Below, one piece after another: positions 13,501 to 24,249 of a stretch of DNA of 64,000 nt. How positions within the stretch are numbered: position 1 is the first letter of the stretch; the number at the start of each line of letters is the position of its first letter. The notes below the pieces were generated by a model. That model did not search any database. It was not told the DNA's origin and saw nothing but the letters and a program-made list of their open reading frames with translations. The stretch is from the NCBI RefSeq assembly GCF_902459465.1, contig NC_047082.1:5580001-5644000 (forward strand), in the 5' to 3' direction. Made by a program: the position numbers and the translations under genes. The DNA is from Asterias rubens. Taxonomy: Eukaryota.

Positions 13501-16500
13501 TATCAATAGCGTATCAGTAGGAAAAAAAGAATGTCGGAACGCTATTGTATGCCTGGCTAGAACGCTGCTCTTTACTATCTATAATTTCCATATTATCTAT
13601 ATATACATGTAATTATCCATTTTGTTTCTAAATTTGGGGTTGAACAAAGATAAATTGAGTAGATCGGGACTTGTACCTGCGACCTCTGGATTAATGCGCT
13701 GGCGCTCTGCCAGCTGCGTTAGGCGGTCTCCTTACTTTGTCAATAAGCCTATCTATGTCCAAGGGAGGTATTATAGGCAAACTGTTTACCTTCATCATCA
13801 TCCCATTGAAGCTCTTCATCATCAAGTGTTTGTGAGGATGTCATATCAGCACGTTCCATCAGTGCTGCTCTCCTTGCTTCATCTTGCTTCAACTGATCAA
13901 CTTTATAAAAGTAACGTCCCCAAAAATCAGCATTGGATACAACTGCAGGTACCTGTGAATAAGATCAAAACATTCAATCAGACAGAAACAAATTAGACAA
14001 ATTGGGCACGTTATTATAATTTCACTTAATTGGTCTCCCAGTGGAAACAAGATTGCAAATGGTGTCAATGTCAAATCTGTCAGACCACTCCCTAAACGGA
14101 GCATGTATGAATTTGGCAGATGGATAACTACTCATCAAGTGGAAGAGGTTCTGAATGCCACTAGCACTGGTGAAAAATCTAATGGTTTTTTTTATACGTT
14201 CAATGCTGCACTGGATCTCTACTTTCCTAGTCAAACTTCACACTTATGACAAACCATGGATCACTGCTGAAATCAAGGACACAATCAAAGACACAATCAA
14301 AGAACAATAACAATAGCAATAGCGATAGCGATAGCGATAGCGATAGCGATAGCGATAGCGATAGCGATAGCGATAGCGATAGCGATAGCGATAGCGATAG
14401 CGATAGCGATAGCGATAGCGATAGCGATAGCGATAGCGATAGCGATAGCGATAGCGATAGCGATAGCGATAGCGATAGCGATAGCGATAGCGATAGCGAT
14501 AGCGATAGCGATAGCGATAGCGATAGCGATAGCGATAGCGATAGCGATAGCGATAGCGATAGCGNNNNNNNNNNNNNNNNNNNNNNNNNNNNNNNNNNNN
14601 NNNNNNNNNNNNNNNNNNNNNNNNNNNNNNNNNNNNNNNNNNNNNNNNNNNNNNNNNNNNNNNNNNNNNNNNNNNNNNNNNNNNNNNNNNNNNNNNNNNN
14701 NNNNNNNNNNNNNNNNNNNNNNNNNNNNNNNNNNNNNNNNNNNNNNNNNNNNNNNNNNNNNNNNNNNNNNNNNNNNNNNNNNNNNNNNNNNNNNNNNNNN
14801 NNNNNNNNNNNNNNNNNNNNNNNNNNNNNNNNNNNNNNNNNNNNNNNNNNNNNNNNNNNNNNNNNNNNNNNNNNNNNNNNNNNNNNNNNNNNNNNNNNNN
14901 NNNNNNNNNNNNNNNNNNNNNNNNNNNNNNNNNNNNNNNNNNNNNNNNNNNNNNNNNCATGTATACACATTTATACAGAAAGAGAGGCTATTGAAAGCTA
15001 TAGATTCTGAGACCCAATTTTGTAGCACCTTATAAGGGTTTACAAGGTGCTACACATGTACAGCGCACTTCTCAGCCTTATAAAAAACGGACCTAATCAA
15101 AAACGTCAGGTTGCATTTGTAGAGAAGAAAACATTCCTTTGGCGTCTTCTTCGTAACAAAGTCAGCCACGCAATCAGTCGAGCCAAAAATTAATTCTACC
15201 AAAATCGTCTCCAGTGATCTATCAGGCTGGCATAAAGGAATCCAAATGCTCACCAATAAGACTCAGAAGCTCACCATGCCCACTGTGATTTCCGTCCTAG
15301 GCATACCCAAGAATGGTGACAAAGCTATCGCAGAGGCAATTAACCTTTTAACAGTCTCTCAAGGCAGACCCCCTATCAATCCCCAGGAACTGCCTGCAAA
15401 TCAAAGCTTGGGATATGTTCAATGCTCTTTAAAAATTTTTTCCCAAGAAATCAGCAGGCCATGATGGGCTCCCGGGAAAACTAACAAAAGAATTTGCATG
15501 TGAGCTTAGCATACAGTGTACACGTTTCTGATATATTTACATGTACATGTAACTCCTCTCTTATTGAGGGTTGTGTACCACAGACTTGGAAGGATGCAAA
15601 TGTTGTGCCAATTCCTAAAGAAACGCCAGCCACCATCACAAAGCTGAGACATATTTCACTGACTGCTCTCCAAGCAAAAATATGCGAAGGGTTTGTTTCA
15701 AAATGGGTTCTTGAAGATATCTGCACATCTATCGGCCGTAACCAGTATGGTAGTATACAGGGGTCATCAACTACTCATTGCTTAATCGAACTCCTTGATG
15801 TGCTCTACAGGTATACTGACAAAGCCGATAGAGTTGGCACGCTGGTAGTGACAGACTTTTCCAGGGCTTTTGACTGCGTCGATCATACTTTGGCTATTCA
15901 GAGATTACACGATCTAGGTGTCCGTAGCGAAATAACACCTTCTATCGATAACTTCCTGACGGCACTACACAAGAGAGTTCAATACCTGTCTGCCCTATCA
16001 GAATGGGAAACCATTTCCTGAGGAGTTCCCCAGGGTACGAAGTTGATGGGACCCATCGCATTCATTGGCTTTATAAACGAGCACTTCTGAAAGTAAGTAC
16101 CGACTCTTCTAGTTTTAAGTATGTCGATGATCTAAGCCTTGCTGAGGTCCGTCCTGCCAGTGTGCATACTCAGATTGACTTGGACCTTCAGGACCTTGAA
16201 GATTGGACCGACAGTAACCACCTCAAGCTCAATCCCTCTAAATGCAAGGTTATAAACATGATAAATGCAAGTGTGCTTCAAAAGAAACCCTCCATGTCCT
16301 TCAGATATGAAGATTGCTGACAAGGGGCTTGCTGGTGACTGAGACCAAGCTTCTCGGTCTTACTGTTCAATCAGATCTTAGATGGCATTCTCAGGTCAAT
16401 GGTGTGTAAGAGCAGTCATAGAATTTACATAATTGGTCGTCTCAAGCGTTTTGGTGAACCCGTTATGGTCTTGGCATCTGTGTATGTTGGCTACAATGTA

Positions 16501-19500
16501 CTTCCTTCAGTTGAGAATGCGTCTCCAGTGTGGCATGACAAAATCAGTAAGCAGCAAACTACTCAAAATGAAAGAATTCAAATAAGAGCATGTCACGTTA
16601 TCCTTGGGAACATGTTACTACACACACAGGTCAGCAAGAGAAACCGGAATACATAGGTTATGTAGAATGAGGGACAACCTGGTTGCAATCAATGGTTTTT
16701 GTGACTGTTTAAAACTTGCCCTAGGATGATATCCTCAGTAACCTTCTATAGCACATTTCAACTGCATCCACCCATTTTCTCATCTTTCTGCGTCATAGCC
16801 CTTGATTCTGATCCATATCATGCATTGATTGAGAACACAGACGCCCTCAGTAGTTGCAGCGTCATGTTTGTATACACCCTTGATTTTCCAGATGGTGTTC
16901 ACTTTGACAGCTTGTCTTCTTGCAATTGCCAGTCTTCTTCGTATTTCCATTTTCGCTCTCACCTTTACTGTTGATACACTATCCCAAAATTGTGAACTTG
17001 TATAAACATGTATGTATAAATACAAACATAATATTCAAAAACATGTGAAACTTTCAATTCAACAGGTGGAATTTCAAAAAGGTGGTGATAAGATATTGCT
17101 GAAAGTCTGGTTTGGTTACATGTATATGCGGATATAAGGAAGAATAATCCAGAACTGGAAGACATTGACAAATGTTTCATGCAGAAAAAATCCTCAAATT
17201 GAAATGTTTTTGAATCCCTCTCTCTACTGTAACCACATTCCTTTGTAGAAAATTGTTTCTAAAAATGTTACACATTATCAACAGGTCTACAGTGCTTCGT
17301 ACCAAGTCAGTTTTTATAGCCATTAACTTTTGAGTTATTACCAAAGGTATACCCTCCCTGAAAGTTCTAAAGTTCTTTCTCGAGACTGAATTGGAAAAAG
17401 AATTAGTTGTAAATGCTGTCATTATATTAATCAAACTTTTGAAGAGGGAAAGAGTCGTTTTAAAAGGTTCCTTCTTACCAGCTTAGTGTAGATTGCCCTT
17501 ACATCAGTATTGGCCACCAGCAAATCAGAGATTTCCCCTTTGTATTCATCTGTATCAAATGAAGCCAACCAGTCTTCATACAAACATGGTGGTCCATCGG
17601 GATCATTACAATATGTGCCTGGAGAAACTTGAATAGCATAAAGACGAGCCTGTATTAAATAAAGTAAAACAATAATAATGTTATAATAAATAATTTGGGG
17701 TTGAACAAAGAAAAATCAACAAAGAGCGGGATTTAAACCAACGACATCCGGACTAACGTGCCGCCACTCTTCCCAACTGAGCTACATGTATCTAGTCCTG
17801 GCCTGATACTTCATGGAGGCACTGAAGGGGATTGCCTCCCTGCCCCCTGGTCATTGCCTTGGTACCCTTGAAATCTCAAGGGCGTTTCTCATGTTGTCAA
17901 TTCTCGTTAAACAAAGGGTGATCTGAATTTGGTGAATGTTGGCTAACAAGGTCAGCATTTTCCCAATGCTTCTGTGGACCAGGTTATTGCGGAGCGCATT
18001 TGCGCTATTATGAAAGGCAAACAGCACCCACTTTCCAAGTGAGAAAAATCACTTAGTCGTAAACCTGGCTTATCAATAATTATTTTGACTCTGCAAAGGA
18101 CAAGCTAGCAACAGACTCCAGTGCATCTGCTTCAAAGAAAACCCTTTGCCACGGAATTTGGTCAACCTCCTTCCTGCTTCTCCTCACAAAGTATTTGGTG
18201 TCAGGCTGTTAGGACAACTCAGTGGTGCCACAAGATTTGTTAATCTCAGCCTTCCATTGCCTTGACCATGGGCTATACTCAGTACTTGACTTATTCACGC
18301 GAGTGTCGTCCCTTGCAACATTGTCCTGTTGGGGAAACGTGCTGGATGCTCTTTTCCTCACTGATTGGCCAGGATCTCGTAGCGAGTAAACTCAAGGAAT
18401 TTATGCACACTGAAGCGAAACGATTGAAAGCAACTGAGCAAATAAATCTAATACGACCTTCAATGTTTTGAGGCTGCTTTGACAGCACCTGGGGTACTTG
18501 CAAGCACAGACTCAGCCATTCCTCCCCAGACAACAATGACCCCAAGCCACCATGGTGCAGGCCGCAACCGTCACGGACCACAACAACAGACACATCACTT
18601 CATGTTTTGGCCAGACATGTCACTTTTTGGTTGGGGGTCTCAAAAATGACATAAGTCATTATGCAGACTGAAATATAATTTTCTTGAGTCTTGAGTTTGT
18701 GTACTCTCCTGAAACCATTGCTGCTGTCCAGGAGAGGGTGGGATGCAAAATCCATTTGTGCTCTGTGCTTATGCTGTCAATATTGTACTTATCAGTTGTG
18801 GTATTGGCAGAAGACCTGTAAATACATTAATATACTTTGTACAAATGATGAACTACTCTTGGCATTAGATTCTAGCTGATGGGATACCAGATACCCTGTA
18901 TATTAATTTGTAGCTATATATATCGCATCTCCATTTGTCATTTGTAAATACAGACCTCTAAAAATCCCCTTATCAGAAAAAGTCTGGGCTCCAGTAGAAT
19001 TCTAAAATTAGGGTGTTTTTATGGTAACCATAGGTGATGGTTAATTTTAAATTAGCAAAGTCTAAGGCAGAGCCTACCGACCAATCAGTAGGTGAGTTGG
19101 CATGGAATGACCCTGCATTTATTCAAATATTAATTAAAAAAATAATTTTGTTTTTATTTGGATGATGAAATGTATGGATTGCATTACCTTTGCCTTATCG
19201 AAGATGTGTTGGTCACTCTTATGCAATACAATGCGAGGGTCAGACTCTTTTCTAGGATCTTTGGGAGCAAAAGTCTCTGATAATCCGCCCAGCATATTGG
19301 AGAATCCCTGCTTGACACGACTGGTTGTTGAAGACTCATTAGGGTCAGTCTTTATCAAATGAATAAACAAAACAACAACAAAAGTATGTAAGTAATACAG
19401 TTGGTGCAACTGTGTTCTCTGTGAATGCTTCATTGAACAACCGCAAAGTCGATGTGTACAGAGAGGAAAAGGAACAGGTTTATATGTCCATACATACATT

Positions 19501-22177
19501 CAACTCTTATTAACAGATAATGTTGTGTAAAACTAGAGTAGTACAAACACAAGATATTACAAACACAGGATAGTACAAACACAGGATAGTACAAACACAG
19601 GATAGTACAAACACAGGATAGTACAAACACAGGATAGTACAAACTCTGTGAATGCTTCATTGAACAACCGTAAAGTCGATGTGTACAGGTTTATATGTCC
19701 ATACATACATTCAACTCTTTTTAACAGATAATGTTGTGTAAAACTAGAGTAGTACAAACACAGGATAGTACAAACACAGGATAGTACAAACACAGGATAA
19801 TACAAACACAGGATAGTACAGACACAGGATAGTACAAACACAAGATAGTACAAACACAGGATAGTACAAACACAGGATAGTACAAACACAGGATAGTACA
19901 AACACAGGATAGTACAAACAAAGGATAGTACAAACAGATAGTACAAACACATGATAGTGCAAACAGATAGTACAAACACAGGATAGCAGCAAAACCTTAC
20001 TTTGCTTTAAACAGTTAATGAGTTTGGGCCGTGACATGAATCCCTACTCACTGTGAATGAAGATATATGTAATTTAATTTACTGATTTTGGGGGTTGAAC
20101 AAAGAAAAATTTACTAGAGTGGGATTCGAACCAACGACCTTTGGATTAATGTGCCGGAGGTCGGAGGACGTTGGTTCAAATCACACCCTAGTAAATTTTT
20201 CTTTGTTCAACCCCCAAAAACATTTTAAAATTTGTTTGAGCAAGTGACACAGCATATTTAATATTGAATATTACACGAAGTTGTGTGCTTTCTGATGCTT
20301 GATTTCGAGACCTCAAATTCTAAACTTAAGGTCTCGAAATCAAATTCGCAGAAAATTACTTCTTTCTCGAAAACTACGTCACTTCAGAGGGAGCTGTTTC
20401 TCACAATGTTTTATACTATCAACCTCTCCCCACTTGTAATCAAGAAAGGTTTTATGATGATAATTATTTTGAGTAATTACCAATAGTGTCCACTGCCTTT
20501 AAAGGTAACTGACCTTCTCGTTACAAACGAATAACAAACAATATTTTGCTCACAACAGGGCCAAACATTTACCTGGTATTTCCCCTCATGATCATGTACT
20601 GACTCATTCTTGCACATTGTGTATTTCATAACTCCCTAGTTCGTCTACATGTATACATGTAACTCAAATAAGTCATTGTTTCCATACCAGGTTAAATTCA
20701 AATGGTTTAAAGCCATATCATAATCTAATAAATCATTAATGTCTTTACTTTAAGATTGTGTTGGATAACTTCTGCCGATGTAGCGACAGCAGATGATGTA
20801 TCTCTTTGCACAGTGCTACCAAACTCATTCAGGTCCCTCTTCATTTGCTCCAAGGCAATAGAAGACTGCAAGGGAAAAAAAGAATGAAAACATTGACAAA
20901 TTATTTCGTTACTAATAAACATATTTATTGGTTAACAGTAACACCGTGTGTGTGTGTCCACTTGCCAGGTAGATTTTGTTCTACAGAGAACTGTTTTGCT
21001 TCTAATTCTACTACGGCAGAGTACAATTTTGGAATCCAGGAGACTTCTCAATTCTGAAAAGAACTGTCCTGCTGGGCAGAAGGTAGAAAATTAGTAGGAC
21101 AACTAAGCTTATAGTGGATCAGTATTAACTTCAATACCGCGGAGTGAATTCTCAATGTTTTGACTAACTTGCTTGTAAACTTTTAAGGCACTGGACACTA
21201 CTGGTAATTACTCCAAATAATGGTTAGCATAAAAAGTTACTTGTAACAAGCAATAGAGAGCTGTTAATACATGTAGTATAAAGCATCGTTAGAAACGGCT
21301 CCCCCTGATGTAGCGTAGTTTTTGAAAAAGAGGTTATTTCTCACTCAAATAATAAAAGACTTAAGGCCTGAAGACTTTTATTATGCATCTGGAAGCACAC
21401 AAACTTGTGCAACAAGAGCATTTTTTCTTTAGTTATTGCAACCTAGACGTCATGTACACCCCAATGAGACCAGTATTCGACCAATCAGAGTGAATAAACT
21501 CTCTGGTGTTTATAAGTGTAACGTTTAGTACAATTCATAAATACCTCACACAGTTTCACTTTTCCTATTGGTGGAGAGCGCGTCACGTGGGTGTGTATAA
21601 ACCTTTGTTTATGACCAGTAGAAAGTGTTGAAACATTGGCGTGATACGCGAGTTTGCACCTGTGCCTTTAAGACACTTTCTTCATTCCTATTGGTCGAGA
21701 GCAACGGCTGTGCCACATCACGCGAGACGCGCACAGCATTCCCTTATGAGGAGTTGTTTACCCGAGGGCCTTGACAGGGCTTACCATTTCATAGCTGGAG
21801 GGGTGTTGTGTTGAAAGAAATCATTGAACAAATTAAATTTTTGCATTTATTTTACTTTTTGACCATAAGTGTTTATGTTTTTTGACTGAAAAGGTATGTA
21901 TGAATGGGAATCAAAGTGTGTTGAATCGATTTTCAACTCGTGGTTTAAACCCGCCGAGGCCTGGTTCTTGATAATTTACCTCGACTTCGTCTCGGTAAAA
22001 TTATCAAGAACCAGGCCTCGTTGGGATTAAACCACTAGTTGAAAACCTCTTCACCACACATTGATTCCCTTATTATGTATCGTCTAGAACAGACTAACAG
22101 CAAAAATGTTTGCAAGCATTACCTTCTCTTTGGCTGCTTTGATCCATCCTCCCCACCAGGAATCTTCACTGTTACCA
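10576..22177 (-). CDS. BSDC1: BSD domain-containing protein 1; exons 22177-22123, 20865-20749, 19349-19188, 17649-17479, 13952-13790, 12496-11954, 10712-10576
   Basis: All junctions are GT-AG and phase-compatible. Peptides SWWGGWIKAAKEK/SSIALEQMKRDLNEF, ARLYAIQVSPGTYCNDPDGPP, VPAVVSNADFWGRYFYKVDQL (BSD domain) and C-terminal DDWEKDFDDIDVSEEDL...DDWESWE* match the BSDC1 pattern as I recall it. Confidence 0.93.
11120..11272 (+). mobile_element. RTE-type LINE 3' end
   Basis: Encodes EIRRIAQDRREWEKLVSACCAVD*, followed by a (GAT)n tail. Confidence 0.65.
11678..11923. mobile_element. MITE with CCC...GGG termini (piggyBac-like)
   Basis: 14-bp TIR CCCTTTGGTGCACA / TGTGCACCAAAGGG. The flanks are degenerate (ATAA/CCAA). 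Confidence 0.5.
12575..12885. mobile_element. Degenerate TTAA-type MITE
   Basis: Imperfect TIR GGTTTGGGTACTTTTTGTA / TACAAAAAGAACCCAAATCC with internal inverted segments. Confidence 0.5.
13630..13765 (-). mobile_element. tRNA-derived SINE fragment; related copies at about 17695-17800, 20090-20220 and 38490-38620
   Basis: Shared GGGGTTGAACAAAG...GGGATTCGAACC motif with a pol III B-box on the minus strand. Confidence 0.65.
14000..16680 (+). mobile_element. Decayed L2/CR1-type LINE ORF2 (reverse transcriptase) in a BSDC1 intron, antisense to the gene
   Basis: DKPWITAEIK, VPQTWKDANVVPIPK, DFSRAFDCVDH, GVPQGTK and YVDDLSL motifs with frameshifts. Interrupted by (GCGATA)n and an N gap. Confidence 0.9.
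14320..14564. repeat. (GCGATA)n microsatellite running into an assembly gap (N 14565-14957)
   Basis: About 40 perfect hexamers seen directly. Confidence 0.98.
16740..17200 (-). mobile_element. RTE-type LINE RT C-terminal remnant
   Basis: EIRRRLAIARR and LLRASVFSI..YGSES.AMTQKDEKK fragments across frameshifts. Confidence 0.65.
19420..19990. repeat. 16-bp minisatellite (TAGTACAAACACAGGA)n with a duplicated flanking block
   Basis: Two arrays. The block CTCTGTGAATGCTTCATTGAACAACCG...AAACTAGAGTAG occurs twice (about 19417 and 19645). Confidence 0.92.
21535..22072. mobile_element. TIR-less dispersed element with a long subterminal hairpin; other copies at 41965-42472 and 56361-56891
   Basis: Three highly similar copies running from TTCATAAATACC to TTGATTCCCTTA. 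Hairpin at 21930-22046. Confidence 0.85.
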
Positions 22178-22235
22178 CTGAGGAATATAAAACGACAAGA
22201 AATTTAACAGTAAAACTATTCAGAAATTATAGTTG

Positions 22236-22609
22236 TTAAAGCCATTGGACCCTTTCGGTACAGAAAAAAACCAAAAAGTTCACAGATTTACAAATAATTT
22301 ACAGGGTTTACAGAAGGTAATGGTGAAAGACTTCTCTTGAAATATTAGTCCATGAAATGCTTTACTTTTTGAGAAAACAGTAAAACAATATAAATTCTCG
22401 TTAGCGAGAATTACGGATTTATTTTAAACACATGTCATGACACGGCGCAACGCGCGGAAACAAGAGTGGGTTTTCCCGTTATTTTCTCCCGACTCCGATG
22501 ACCGATTGAGCCTAAATTTTCACAGGTTTGTTGTTTTATATATAAGTTGTGATACACGAAGTGTGGGACTTGGACAATACTGTTTACCGAAAGTGTATAA
22601 TGGCTTTAA
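22236..22609. mobile_element. TTAA-flanked MITE family C (Kolobok-like); second copy at 43044-43413
   Basis: Termini TTAAAGCCATTGGAC and TAATGGCTTTAA. The interior is partly similar to family A. Confidence 0.85.
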
Positions 22610-22619
22610 ACTTGCATCA

Positions 22620-23075
22620 GAATATTATGAGTATACAGTGCTAACACACATCGGTGTATGGGTAAAAACAAAAATTAATATTTTTTATCCCGATGCAAAT
22701 TTAACATCTATTATATCGTTGCGGTACCCGCTGCCAAAACATAGGATTCGAACTGCCTCTAGCTACCGGGCAATTTCGGTAGTCTTAGTATTGTTAGAAG
22801 CTTTGCATGGTGTGGAGATATAAGAAGAAACTATAAATAAATAGTAGACTTGCGGGTACAACCATGTGTAAATCTCTTAGGGTGAGTGTTGGCTCTGAAA
22901 ATAGCTGGTTTAGTGTCTGTTGGTAAGACACTGCTCTAGAATTGCAAGGGTAGTGGGTTCGAATCCCACCCGGGTAATATGCCTACGTGATATTTTTTTA
23001 CATGACTCGGAGAGTACTGAGTATACAGTGCTAACACACACGGTGTATGGGTAAAAACAAAAATTAATATTCAGA
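22620..23075 (+). mobile_element. tRNA-derived tandem SINE-like unit (same family as 52085-52743)
   Basis: B-box GGGTTCGAATCCC. The block GAGTATACAGTGCTAACACAC...AAAAATTAATATT occurs twice. Confidence 0.7.
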
Positions 23076-24118
23076 AATTATTCAGTTGACCGAGTTTGAA
23101 TAAGCTTAAAATATTGTTTAGCATCAAAACTGTATAGCTTCCATTTTCCCTCTGTTTATAAAACTACAGAATATCAAAAGCAAAAAGCAACCATCTGTCA
23201 CTCTGTTGATGTCTCATTTCATTCTGGAAGGTATAATCAACCTCTCTCAGCAATTCCACAAATTGGGGGGGGGTGTAAAGCTTGAATCTGAAGACATCAA
23301 AGAGGGGCATTTTTTCCAAGAACTTCAGTTTGATTTGAAGTCATTTTGAGCACGCAGGATTGTGCCTAAATTATATTATTTCAATTAATGTTGGTTCCCT
23401 GCTATTGGACTGTGTATTTTTGATGAGATGTTTGAGAAGTATGTACTCCAAAATATTATTACTTTTTAAACACACAAGGTGCAGTCTGGGCAGTAAGGTG
23501 TAAAGTAATAGGAAAATCTATAACACTAATTAATGGTACTCTTGTAATTTGTATAGCTCCCTCTCACGTGAGCTCACCACAGGAGGGCACTTAACAAAAG
23601 GACCATTTACTTCACAGATTTGTACATGTAAAGGGCTGATGCATCATGCATTGCATGCAGTGCAATGAGGGAATATCCAAGTCCACCAGTTACAGCGAGA
23701 TGATCTGCAATGATCTGCAACATTACCATCTAACTGGATCAAGAACTACCTACATTTGGGTTTGAAAAATAGGTTTTGTCGGGTTCCCTCAACAATTTTA
23801 AAACATGTACGATCAGTTGCTACAATTGAATTGGTACCAGACTGATTTACTTGACGCTCTGAGTAAATCTTGACAATTTTGGTCTTCTTCGCCAATAATA
23901 ATTGGAAACGATAACAATACAGATCCCCCCCGTTGTTACTGTTTGTTGATGTACATGTACACATGTACATGGACCTTGGTAAAAATATGTCACGCTGTAC
24001 GCACGACAACAGACAACACTGTGAGAAAACGATCGAAACGGGAATTTTTTACATTGGAAGCTGCATTATTTCACGAAAATGACGGATTTGTGAGGAAAAT
24101 ATGAGGACCAAAACCCAC

Positions 24119-24141
24119 CGCAGAAAAATGTATGCCGCCAT
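24119..24141 (-). CDS. BSDC1: Candidate first coding exon of BSDC1 (MAAYIFLR, phase 2)
   Basis: ATGGCGGCATACATTTTTCTGCG followed by GTGGGT. The phase-2 end fits the phase-2 start of exon 22177-22123. There is no homology support beyond ATGGCG. Confidence 0.35.
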
Positions 24142-24178
24142 GGAATGTGAATCTGTTGAAATTAGTGGCTTGTTGCAG
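24140..24178 (+). CDS. Candidate first exon of the PR-PLAG gene (MECESVEISGLLQ)
   Basis: Perfect Kozak GCCGCCATGG and a strong donor CAG|GTAAGA at 24178/24179. The linking exon to 35949 was not established. Confidence 0.4.
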
Positions 24179-24249
24179 GTAAGATTTAAGTTATGAAGCT
24201 GTGAAATTTTTCCGCCCCAGAAACGGGCCTCAATAGTTAGGACTCTGTT

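Noticed and set aside
14227-15028. Long ORFs of 238-254 aa (poly-SD, LS, RY, AI)
   Set aside because: They are artefacts of the (GCGATA)n microsatellite and the N gap.
17870-18650. Possible R2/NeSL-like retroelement remnant on the minus strand
   Set aside because: Only vague Cys/His-containing fragments across frameshifts, too degraded to support a call.
19557-20037. Cys/Tyr-rich hydrophobic ORFs
   Set aside because: They are translations of the 16-bp minisatellite.
22915-22975. Functional tRNA genes (also 39178, 33915, 52270)
   Set aside because: A- and B-box-like motifs are present, but I could not build a complete cloverleaf, and each continues into a dispersed repeat body, so they are SINE heads.
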